This document shows, piece by piece, positions 1 to 7,800 of a stretch of 28,935 bases of DNA (positions are counted from its first letter, which is position 1; every line of letters begins with the position of its first letter). A program made the position numbers and the translations under genes. A model generated the notes under the pieces. It ran no database searches and was not told the origin of the DNA. It was given only the letters and a program-made list of their open reading frames with translations. Origin of the DNA: Polyangiaceae bacterium (GTDB taxonomy: Bacteria > Myxococcota_A > Polyangia > Polyangiales > Polyangiaceae); the NCBI GenBank assembly GCA_035318565.1, contig DATHEN010001306.1, forward strand, positions 1-28,935. The letters are read 5' to 3'.

Positions 1-1287
1 GATTGCGCAGAAGCCCTAACCTGCCGAGACGGATACTGCTGTGACTCGGAGTGCTCGGGCCTCTGCGAGGTGTGCAACGTGCTCGGGCGCGAGGGTACGT
101 GCAGCATCAAGGACGATGGACCGCCAGCGCCAGGCCACGGCTACTGCCAAGGCGCGGGCACCGACTGCGCAGGCTCGTGCGACGGCACCACACCGAATCG
201 ATGCGCGTATCCCATCGGCGAGCCGTGCGGAAGCGGAACGACCTGCGAGGTGTCCGCTTCGACGCAGTACGGCTTCATGTGCAACGCGGTTGGAGGCTGT
301 GAGCAGAACACTGCTGGGAGAAGCTGCTTTCCGTACACCGCATGCGCGGACACCAACGTGTGCATGACACAGTGCGGCTCCTCTCGAGACTGCGTCAGCA
401 CGCATTTCTGCGATCCTGACGCATGGAAGTGCGTTCAGAAGCTGCCCAATGGCACAGCGTGTTCGAATGGTTCGGCGTGCAGCAGCGGCCACTGTGTGGA
501 TGGGGTCTGCTGCGATCAGGAATGTGATGGCGCCTGCCAGGCTTGCCGGGTCGGCGCAGGCGAACGCGAGGCAGGGCGCTGCCGAGCCGTACGGGGCGTC
601 CCGGCTGGTGGACGGGAAGCGTGCGGCGGTTCGGGGGCGTGTGTCGGCTACTGCAACGGTCTTTCGCCAGACTGCTTCTATCCGGGCGAAGCTCGGGAAT
701 GCGCTCCGGCCAGTTGTAGCGGAGCCCGGCTCACGCCAGCTCGACGCTGCGACAGTACCGGAGACTGCGCACCGGCTACGCCTCAGGCGTGTCCTAACCT
801 GCTTGCCTGCGACGAGCCCGCGGATGCGTGCAAGACGCGTTGCGTGAGCGATGCGGACTGCTCCAGCGGTGCGGAGTGCATGGTGGATACGAACGAGTGC
901 GTTTTGCCCGGCGCACGCTGCAAAGATGCGTTTACCGTTCAGCTCCCGAACGGTGACGTGCAGAATTGTCAGGGTCACCGCTGCATCGCTGAAGGTCAGT
1001 GCGCATCGGGATGCAGCGACGACAGTCAGTGCGCACCCGAATACGCCTGTGATTCGGGTCGCTGCAAGGAGCGCCCCAGCACCGGAAAGCCTGACGCCGG
1101 TACTGCAGGTACCGGCAACGCCAACCCCGGCGGCTCGGAGGACGACGACAGTTGCGCATGCCGCGCCGCCGGTAGCGGAGCTGGCGGCAGCGAGCACATC
1201 GCGTGGGTGGGTCTTGGTCTGGCGGCGGGTGTAGTCCTACGACGGCGCGCGAGAAATTCGAGTACTTCACGCGCGGAGCTCTGGTAG
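1..1287 (+). CDS. Cys-rich repeat surface protein with MYXO-CTERM-like C-terminal anchor (5'-truncated)
   Basis: Frame 1 is open from base 1 (DCAEALTCRDGYCCDSECSGLCEVC). There are two ~140-aa Cys-rich modules with a CxDGxCCDxxC core. The C-terminus reads SCACRAAG, spacer, hydrophobic WVGLGLAAGVVL, then RRRAR. Confidence 0.85.
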   Translation, partial: DCAEALTCRDGYCCDSECSGLCEVCNVLGREGTCSIKDDGPPAPGHGYCQGAGTDCAGSCDGTTPNRCAYPIGEPCGSGTTCEVSASTQYGFMCNAVGGCEQNTAGRSCFPYTACADTNVCMTQCGSSRDCVSTHFCDPDAWKCVQKLPNGTACSNGSACSSGHCVDGVCCDQECDGACQACRVGAGEREAGRCRAVRGVPAGGREACGGSGACVGYCNGLSPDCFYPGEARECAPASCSGARLTPARRCDSTGDCAPATPQACPNLLACDEPADACKTRCVSDADCSSGAECMVDTNECVLPGARCKDAFTVQLPNGDVQNCQGHRCIAEGQCASGCSDDSQCAPEYACDSGRCKERPSTGKPDAGTAGTGNANPGGSEDDDSCACRAAGSGAGGSEHIAWVGLGLAAGVVLRRRARNSSTSRAELW

Positions 1288-1312
1288 GCGCGTGCATCGG
1301 CGGCCGCTCAAA

Positions 1313-2197
1313 ATGCCGCACGCTGACGTCGTTCATGCATCGCATGGGAAAGTCGGTATTGCAGCGCTGTCGCTCGCGGTCATTGCGCTGCCTGCGTGTG
1401 GGCGCCTCGCAGGCTACGAGCCTTTCTACGAACCCGCGGGGGACGCTCAAGCGGATGGGTCGAGCGACCCATGCCAGTCGCAAAGACCTCCTACGCTAAA
1501 AGGGCCGGCGCTCGTCGCTCAGCACATTGGCAGCCGGTGCGTCTGGATGGATCGCACGGAAGTGACGCGCGCGGACTACGACGCTTTTCTGGAAGCTTCC
1601 TCCACCCCGCAAGGCGAAGAAACGCCCTGCGACGAGAACGCGACATTCAAACCCGCGGCTCTCGGTGCGGACGCTGGCGAGACTTGTGCAGGCACGGGTG
1701 TCCTGGTGAGCTCGGAGTCCGACCATCCCATAGTTTGCATCGACTGGTGCGATGCCCGCGCGTATTGCCGCTGGGCGGGCAAGTCCTTGTGCAGGGACGA
1801 TTACCTGAGCGCCGACATCACGCAGAATGACTGGTACGCCGCGTGTGCGAACGGCGCGCGTCGAACCGTGTACCCGTACGGATCTCTGTACGATGGCGCC
1901 ATCTGTAACGGGACAGAGAATGGCAATGCGGGCTGCGCAAACGGCAATTGCACTACTCTGCGAGCCGACGCACTGCCGAGTTGCAGGAACGACTCCGGCG
2001 TTCTCGATCTGAGCGGCAATGTCTCGGAATGGACTGAGGCGTGCCGCGAAGCTACCGGAGAAACAGACGAATGCCGCGTCCGGGGCGGCTCATTTCAATC
2101 GGATTCCGCCGGGCTCGAATGCGGTTCTGCGCGCTCTTATCCACGCGGCACGCGCAGTGCCGCCGTAGGCTTTCGCTGCTGCTGGTATCCGAAATGA
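1313..2197 (+). CDS. FGE-sulfatase/SUMF1 (CLec-fold) domain lipoprotein
   Basis: Lipobox-like LPAC after a hydrophobic stretch. Motifs MDRTEVT, HPIVCIDWCDARAYCRWAGK, YPYG, DLSGNVSEW, RGGSF and VGFRCC. The start could alternatively be GTG 1292. Confidence 0.85.
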   Translation: MPHADVVHASHGKVGIAALSLAVIALPACGRLAGYEPFYEPAGDAQADGSSDPCQSQRPPTLKGPALVAQHIGSRCVWMDRTEVTRADYDAFLEASSTPQGEETPCDENATFKPAALGADAGETCAGTGVLVSSESDHPIVCIDWCDARAYCRWAGKSLCRDDYLSADITQNDWYAACANGARRTVYPYGSLYDGAICNGTENGNAGCANGNCTTLRADALPSCRNDSGVLDLSGNVSEWTEACREATGETDECRVRGGSFQSDSAGLECGSARSYPRGTRSAAVGFRCCWYPK

Positions 2198-2203
2198 TAT
2201 AGT
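2195..2203 (+). promoter_or_regulatory. Putative extended -10 element (TG-A-TATAGT) upstream of the kinase
   Basis: TGATATAGT overlaps the previous stop codon and ends 11 nt before GTG 2215. No SD sequence or -35 element is visible. Confidence 0.35.
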
Positions 2204-2214
2204 CTCCCCTGCCC

Positions 2215-3552
2215 GTGGAGACGGCCTTGTTAACAGTGGGGCAGCCCGGCCAGGTGATTGCGGGGCGCTATCGCATCGAGCGCGTGTTGGCGCGCGGAGG
2301 GCACGGAACCGTCTTCGTTGCCGAGCAACTGGCCACGGACGCCAAGGTGGCGCTCAAGATCCTTGCGCCAGCTCTTCTGGATTCCGATGAAATGCGGCGC
2401 CGCTTCGAACTTGAAGCCAAGGTTGCGGGTCGCGTGGCGAGCGACTTCATCGTGCGCGTCCTGGACGCGGGAGTAGACCCCGCCACCGGCCTTGCGTTTC
2501 TGGCGATGGAGCTGCTCGAAGGCGAGTCCCTGGCCGAAGCCGTTGAAAAGCACGGGCCCCTGAACGTCGTGGATGCCACCGCGTGCATGATGCAGATTGC
2601 ACAGGGACTAGACAAAGCGCACGCGCACACCACGAAGGACGGGGAATCAGCACCCATCGTCCACCGCGACCTCAAGCCCGAGAATCTGTTTCTGACCGAG
2701 CGGGACGATGGCGAGCGCATCACGAAGATCTTGGACTTTGGCATCGCCAAAGTCGTGCGGCCGTGGGGCGTGAACAGTCGCATCATCCACGGCTCGCCGC
2801 TGTACGTGGCGCACGAGCAACTGACGGGAGGCTCGGTGGGGCCGCACACGGATGTGTGGGCGCTCGGCTTGCTCGGTTTTTTTATTCTCACGGGGCAGAG
2901 CTACTGGCGTTCGGCCACTCATCCCGAGCTCGACGTGTCAGCCATAGTTTCGGAAGTGGTGCACATGCCCATCGTGGCGCCGTCGGTGCGCGCGGCGGAG
3001 CTGGGGATTGCGGTGACCTGGACGCCGGCATTCGACGCTTGGTTCCTGCGCTGCGTTCACCGCGCTCCTCAAGAGCGTTTTGCGAGCGCGGGCGCGGCGG
3101 CCGAAGCATTTTTTCAAGCGCTGTTCGGCGGCGACCTTTCCGGCGCCGGCGAGCCACGAGCAACGCCGGTACCCGCGCCATCGCAGCCAAAGCGCGCCCT
3201 CGTTTCGCTCGCACTCGGCGGTGCTGCTGCTTTAGCAGCCGGCTTTGCCGTCAGCCTGCACTGGGACGTCGTTCCGAGCTCGCACGCCGAGCCACTGCGT
3301 TCCCGAGCCGTTGCTTCTCTGGCTGCGAACGCCAGGGCTGCTACTCCGGTCCGCGTGGTGACCCCGTCCTCGCAGACGGATCTCGACGTGGCTGCTGCGG
3401 CGCCCGTCAGGACGTCCGAACCTGCGAAAGCACGAGACACCCGACCGCGCAGAACGGGAGTGGCGAGAGCAGCGGCAGAATCTGCGGAGTCAGCGCCCAC
3501 CCGTCGGCCAGTCGAGTGGGTCGTCGGCTCGCCGCTCTATAGTGATCGTTGA
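2215..3552 (+). CDS. Hanks-type Ser/Thr protein kinase with one TM helix
   Basis: Motifs GRYRIERVLARGGHGTVF, VALK, HRDLKPEN, DFGIAK, GSPLYVAHEQ and DVWALG. TM segment ALVSLALGGAAALAAGFAVSL, followed by an Ala/Pro-rich tail. Confidence 0.93.
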   Translation: METALLTVGQPGQVIAGRYRIERVLARGGHGTVFVAEQLATDAKVALKILAPALLDSDEMRRRFELEAKVAGRVASDFIVRVLDAGVDPATGLAFLAMELLEGESLAEAVEKHGPLNVVDATACMMQIAQGLDKAHAHTTKDGESAPIVHRDLKPENLFLTERDDGERITKILDFGIAKVVRPWGVNSRIIHGSPLYVAHEQLTGGSVGPHTDVWALGLLGFFILTGQSYWRSATHPELDVSAIVSEVVHMPIVAPSVRAAELGIAVTWTPAFDAWFLRCVHRAPQERFASAGAAAEAFFQALFGGDLSGAGEPRATPVPAPSQPKRALVSLALGGAAALAAGFAVSLHWDVVPSSHAEPLRSRAVASLAANARAATPVRVVTPSSQTDLDVAAAAPVRTSEPAKARDTRPRRTGVARAAAESAESAPTRRPVEWVVGSPLYSDR

Positions 3553-4529
3553 TTGTGTCGCGACCGCGCCTTGCAGTCATCGCTCCCGCCTTCGGAGCGC
3601 TCTTTCTCCTTTGCGCGGAAGCCAGCGCCGACCCGGCAACGGCCGAGGAGCTCTTTCGAGTTGCGCGCCGCCTGCTCGCCAGCGGGCAGATCGCCGAGGC
3701 GTGCTCCAACTTCGAGGAAAGCCAACGCTTGGACCCTTCTTCGGGGACACTGCTCAGTCTTGCGGATTGCCACGCGCGGCTTGGGAGGACAGCCACTGCG
3801 TGGGCTGAATTTCTCGAAGCAGAGCGGCTCTCTCTCGCTCAACGCCGCCCGGACCGAGCACGCGAAGCCAAAACGCAGGCCACTGCTCTCGAACCGCAGC
3901 TCTCGCGGTTGCTCATTCGCGTGTCCGAAGGCGTTCCCGGGCTGGTCGTCGAGCGCAATGCCGAACCGCTCGCGCTCTCTAGCCTCGGGGTGGCTCTGCC
4001 CGTCGACCCAGGGAGCTACACCATCCGCGCGACCGCTACCGGATACGCGACCTGGACGCGTTGCGTCGATGTCACTGATCCCGGCGAACGAGTCGTGGAT
4101 GTGCCGCCGCTCGCAGCGGAGCAAGAGAGAGCTCCCAGCCTGCCCACACCATCGATCAAAAACGGCTCGCGCGAGCATGAGCCTGCGCCGCGCACGACCC
4201 GTAAGCCTGCACGGCAGAAGCACGCGTCTGCGGCAACGCTGCCCGCTGCATTCTGGATAACTGCCGGTGCCAGCGTGGCGGCAACCGGCGTTGCCGCGGT
4301 CTTCGGAGGGATGTCGCTCTCCAGTTACGACAGCGCGGAGGACCGCTGCCCGGGGCATCGCAACTGCTCCGGGTCTGCGATCGACGCATGGGATCGCGCG
4401 AGCGCACAAGCAACGATCGCCAACGTTGGCGCAGTGGTTGCCATTGTCGCGACCGGAGCCGCGACGTTTCTGTACTTCAATTCGCGGGGCAGAGCGCCGC
4501 GAACCGAGACGAGCTCACTCCGACCCTGA
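3549..4529 (+). CDS. TPR + PEGA-like membrane protein of the myxobacterial kinase-partner type
   Basis: Signal peptide; TPR-like AEELF...ACSNFEESQRLDPSSGTLLSLADCHARLG; PEGA-like PVDPGSYTIRATATGY; two C-terminal hydrophobic helices. 4-bp TTGA overlap with the kinase stop. Confidence 0.8.
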   Translation: MIVSRPRLAVIAPAFGALFLLCAEASADPATAEELFRVARRLLASGQIAEACSNFEESQRLDPSSGTLLSLADCHARLGRTATAWAEFLEAERLSLAQRRPDRAREAKTQATALEPQLSRLLIRVSEGVPGLVVERNAEPLALSSLGVALPVDPGSYTIRATATGYATWTRCVDVTDPGERVVDVPPLAAEQERAPSLPTPSIKNGSREHEPAPRTTRKPARQKHASAATLPAAFWITAGASVAATGVAAVFGGMSLSSYDSAEDRCPGHRNCSGSAIDAWDRASAQATIANVGAVVAIVATGAATFLYFNSRGRAPRTETSSLRP

Positions 4530-5915
4530 GTTGAACTTTCGCGGCCGCGGCAAGTTGAACTCGACCAGGCGCTCAACGAGCGTGCGGCGCGACATGCCCA
4601 GCAGCTTGGCGGCCTGAGTTTGATTGCCCGAGCTGCGAGCGAGCGCTTCGACGATTCGCGCACGCTCGAGCTCTTTCAGCTCGGTGCGCACGGGTCCGAG
4701 CGGCGCGGCCGGACGGGCCTGAGTGGCCGGCGCAACAGAGACGGCTCTGAGCGTGCTTGGCAGGTGGGACACGTCGATCGTCCGCTCCCTGCACAGAACC
4801 ACAGCGCGCTCGATCACGTTGCGCAGCTCGCGCGCGTTGCCGGGCCAGTGGTATTTTTCGAGCAGCGTCAGTGCTTGAGCCGAGAGCGTGGGGACGTCTG
4901 CGCGGTCGAGCTGCTGGCAGGCCAGTGTCAGGAACCTGCGCGCAAGCGGCTCGATATCCGCTCGTCGCTCGCGCAGAGGTGGCACGACCAAGGTGAGGCC
5001 GTTCAGGCGGTAGTAGAGATCGGAACGAAACCCGCCCCGAGCAATCTCAGCCTCGAGCTCGCGGTTCGTTGCGGAGATGAAGCGCACGTCGACCGCGCGC
5101 GGGCTGCGCCCGCCGAGGCGCATCACCGTGCGTTCTTCGATCAGGCGCAACAGCTTGGCCTGGGTGGAGGCCGGCAACTCGCCGAGCTCATCCAGGAACA
5201 CGCTGCCCCCATTCGCCGCTTCGAACAGCCCCGGGCGCGCGTGCGTCGCACCCGTGAATGCGCCCTTTTCGTAGCCGAACAGTTCGCCTTCGAGCAGTGT
5301 TCCGCTCAGCGCTGCGCAGTTGATCGACATGAGCGGTTGCGCGGAGCGCGAGGAGCGGTTGTGGATGGTGCGCGCCATCACTTCCTTGCCCACACCCGTC
5401 TCGCCGCAAATCATGACACTGATGTTGGATTGCGCGGCCAGCTCGGCCTGGTCGTAGACCGCTTTCATGACGGGATCACGGACGAGGACGGCGTCCCGGC
5501 CGGGTCCCTCCCCAGCCACGCCCGATCGATCGCTCGCCGCTCGGCGCAGGACAATGCTCACCTCGCCCAGCATTGCGCTTTCGCCCACGCTGAGCTCCGC
5601 CGTGTCTCGCGAGAGCTGCTGCAAACCGACGGTGTCTTCCCTGGCCACGACCTGCCGGTTCCGAACGAAGGTGCCGTTCGTGCCGCCCAGATCCTCGATC
5701 AACACGTTTTCTGCTACGTGGAGCGAGGCGTGCTGGCGGGAGACGGACGGGTTATCGATGCAGATGGCGTTTTCGGGCGCACGCCCTATCGTCACCACGC
5801 CTTCGGACGGCAATGGGAACGCTCGCACTTCGTCCTGCCAGAACGCGAGTAGTTCCAGGCCTGGTGCTTCCTCGCGCCGGTATGGAGCGCTCTCATCCTT
5901 TTTTTGCGACGCCAC
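4515..5915 (-). CDS. FHA-domain sigma54-dependent enhancer-binding protein (Fis-type HTH)
   Basis: FHA motifs (TIGR...SVSRQH...DLGGTNGT), Walker A GETGVGKE, GAFTGA, Walker B FLDELGEL and HTH GNQTQAAKLLGMSRRTL. Start placed at GTG 5915 using the promoter match; the ORF caller extends it to 6056. Confidence 0.93.
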   Translation of the reverse strand: MASQKKDESAPYRREEAPGLELLAFWQDEVRAFPLPSEGVVTIGRAPENAICIDNPSVSRQHASLHVAENVLIEDLGGTNGTFVRNRQVVAREDTVGLQQLSRDTAELSVGESAMLGEVSIVLRRAASDRSGVAGEGPGRDAVLVRDPVMKAVYDQAELAAQSNISVMICGETGVGKEVMARTIHNRSSRSAQPLMSINCAALSGTLLEGELFGYEKGAFTGATHARPGLFEAANGGSVFLDELGELPASTQAKLLRLIEERTVMRLGGRSPRAVDVRFISATNRELEAEIARGGFRSDLYYRLNGLTLVVPPLRERRADIEPLARRFLTLACQQLDRADVPTLSAQALTLLEKYHWPGNARELRNVIERAVVLCRERTIDVSHLPSTLRAVSVAPATQARPAAPLGPVRTELKELERARIVEALARSSGNQTQAAKLLGMSRRTLVERLVEFNLPRPRKFNSGSE

Positions 5916-5923
5916 CGCGGGCC

Positions 5924-5952
5924 AGCATATTGAGCGAACCGTGGACCCGCAA
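5924..5952 (-). promoter_or_regulatory. Putative sigma70 promoter TTGCGG-N17-TATGCT
   Basis: On the minus strand, -35 TTGCGG (5952-5947), a 17-nt spacer and -10 TATGCT (5929-5924), 8 nt before GTG 5915. Confidence 0.5.
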
Positions 5953-5998
5953 CTCGGGGCCCGGCTTTCCTGCAAGTGCCCGGAAAGATCGAGCGTGC

Positions 5999-6055
5999 GC
6001 GCGGCCGGCTGATTGCAACGCGGAGCAACCGGCCGCGCTTGCTCGGAATCGAGCA
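5999..6055 (-). terminator. Two GC-rich hairpins downstream of the His-rich cytochrome gene (possible terminator or stabiliser)
   Basis: GCGCGGCCGG/CCGGCCGCGC perfect 10-bp inverted repeat (5999-6038) and TGCTCG/CGAGCA (6040-6055). There is no U-tract. Confidence 0.3.
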
Positions 6056-6066
6056 CGTGGCGGGCG

Positions 6067-6987
6067 CTACTGCACGGTAACGGTCACGGGCTCCGAGATG
6101 TGCGGGTCTAGATCGACGTGGATCCACGCGACGACGGTCCATGTACCCGTTCTCGGTAGAGTAAGGGTCGCGGAGTACTGCCCGGATTCGGCTGGAGCCG
6201 ACACCCTTGAATAGAACTCGTGCAGCCCGCAGTCTGGCACGATGCCTTCGCACGCGCGCAGTTCCGTGACGTGAAGCTCTCCCTCCGTGTTCACTGTGTA
6301 GCGTGCAGTGAAGGGCGTATTCACCGCCAGCACCTGTGGAGGTGCAATCGACCAAGTGATCGTGGTTGCATCATCTCCATCTGCGCAAGCGAGCCACTCC
6401 CCTAGTTGCAGGCGCTCCGCGAGAGGGGGACGCGGATCGGACGGGGGCATGAAGGTATTGGCGGCTTCGGGGCCAGCAGCCGCATACTGGTCGACGTGAT
6501 GCGCATGCGCGAGGATACCTTCCAAGGTGTCGAAGTCGGCTCCGGGCGGCGCGCCCGCGCGAGCGGCCCCCGACAATTGGCTGCTGTGGCAACGCGTGCA
6601 GTAATTGGCGAAGAACGGTGCGGCGAAGTTCTCGTACGTGAGCGTGGAGCCCTCGGGGCAGGTCGCGCCGGAGTGAGCACCGGCATCGTGCGAGTGCCCA
6701 CCGTCTCCATGATCGTGGCCGCCATCCTCATCGTCATGTCCGCCGTCTTCGTGATCATGTCCGCCGTCTTCGTGATCATGTCCGCCGTCTTCGTGATCAT
6801 GTCCGCCATCGTGCTGCGCACCGGCGTCCTTCCTGGGATGATGGTGACCTCCGTGACCACCGCGTCCGCCGGGCCAACGGTTGCCGCACGCCGCGACCAG
6901 AGCCGTCGTGGCCAGGAGCCAGCCAGCGGGCTTGAGAATTCTGCTCGCAAGTGAGCGCGTCATTGGGAGAGAACTCTGGCTGTTCAT
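6067..6987 (-). CDS. His/Asp-rich lipoprotein with monoheme c domain and C-terminal Ig-like domain
   Basis: AAGGAG RBS, lipobox LVAAC, (GGHDHED)n tract, CTRCH heme motif and a candidate Met ligand in NTFMPP. C-terminal beta-rich GQYSATLTLPRTGTWTV. Confidence 0.85.
   Translation of the reverse strand: MNSQSSLPMTRSLASRILKPAGWLLATTALVAACGNRWPGGRGGHGGHHHPRKDAGAQHDGGHDHEDGGHDHEDGGHDHEDGGHDDEDGGHDHGDGGHSHDAGAHSGATCPEGSTLTYENFAAPFFANYCTRCHSSQLSGAARAGAPPGADFDTLEGILAHAHHVDQYAAAGPEAANTFMPPSDPRPPLAERLQLGEWLACADGDDATTITWSIAPPQVLAVNTPFTARYTVNTEGELHVTELRACEGIVPDCGLHEFYSRVSAPAESGQYSATLTLPRTGTWTVVAWIHVDLDPHISEPVTVTVQ
6735..6797. repeat. 21-bp tandem repeat, 3 perfect copies plus degenerate flanks (6673-6813)
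   Basis: CATGTCCGCCGTCTTCGTGAT x3. On the minus strand it encodes the DHEDGGH units. Confidence 0.95.
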
Positions 6988-7069
6988 GATGGCTCCTTGT
7001 ATCCGCCGCGGCCCAACACGGGATCCGTGAAGCGCGCCCGCAGACTACCTCTATGCTGGCGCGTGTCGC

Positions 7070-7086
7070 TGCGACATATCGTCGCA
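7070..7086. promoter_or_regulatory. Inverted repeat TGCGAC-N5-GTCGCA, possible operator
   Basis: Perfect 6-bp arms about 85-100 bp upstream of ATG 6987, next to an AT-rich patch at 7111-7137. Confidence 0.3.
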
Positions 7087-7166
7087 AGTTGCGCTGAACG
7101 AGCGCCTCGGGAAATTAGAGTCTCGATATAGAATTGCACCGCAGCCCTCGGATGCACCGACCCGGC

Positions 7167-7763
7167 TCAACCCGGAATGCAGAAGTAGAAGTAGATGGAG
7201 TCCTCGGGTAGGTCGGTTGGGCTCTGAACCCTCGACAGATCAAAGATATCGAAACCCATCCGCCAAACGCCGGCCATCCAGAAGTTCATGTTGCCGACGG
7301 AGTACGTACCGTCCGAGTTGGGGCTCAGGGTCGGTGTGGTGCCCGACCAGTGCAGATGGTCTGGCATATAAGGATCTGCCTCGGGCGGCGTCGTCGGATC
7401 TTGGTCCGCTTCTTGTGTGTGCACGGCGACGCGAACTCCGGAGCGGGGTCCGCCTGATGCGTCCACGGCGCGAATAACCCAAGAGTTCATGCCCTTTGCC
7501 GGCGGATTCGGGGATGCAGACTCAATACGGATTCTGTACGCACCACTCGCACTCGCTTTGACCAGGCCCGTGCCGCAAGAGCTGACTCTCGTGTCATAGA
7601 CACACGACACACTGCCGTCCGGCGCGCCGCCGACCCCAGCAGCGCCACACGTCGACGGCGAAGAGCACGAATCCGGCGGAGCAGCGGCCACGACGAACAG
7701 CGGGATGAAGGCGCCATGCAAGGCCGCAAAACGCTTGGCTGAGAAGAACCATCGAGTTGCCAT
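7167..7763 (-). CDS. YtkA/FixH-like exported protein with MPDHxH motif
   Basis: AAGGAG RBS before ATG 7763 and an N-terminal hydrophobic segment. Motifs PNPPAKGMNSW, YMPDHLH, GTYSV...MAGVW and terminal FYFCIPG. Confidence 0.7.
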   Translation of the reverse strand: MATRWFFSAKRFAALHGAFIPLFVVAAAPPDSCSSPSTCGAAGVGGAPDGSVSCVYDTRVSSCGTGLVKASASGAYRIRIESASPNPPAKGMNSWVIRAVDASGGPRSGVRVAVHTQEADQDPTTPPEADPYMPDHLHWSGTTPTLSPNSDGTYSVGNMNFWMAGVWRMGFDIFDLSRVQSPTDLPEDSIYFYFCIPG

Positions 7764-7800
7764 TGTCTTACTCCTTGTGAGCCCTCGTACGATCGGACCC

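Noticed and set aside
2070-2197. Possible DGR variable region in the CLec-fold SUMF1 C-terminus
   Set aside because: No template repeat, adenine-specific paralogous copy or reverse transcriptase is present in the window.
6735-6797. CRISPR-like repeat
   Set aside because: The copies are contiguous with no spacers, lie inside a CDS, and no cas genes are present.
6402-6954. Alternative-frame repeat ORFs (ADMITKT)n and (MSAVFVI)n
   Set aside because: They are by-products of the 21-bp repeat. The frame with RBS, lipobox and CxxCH is the real gene.
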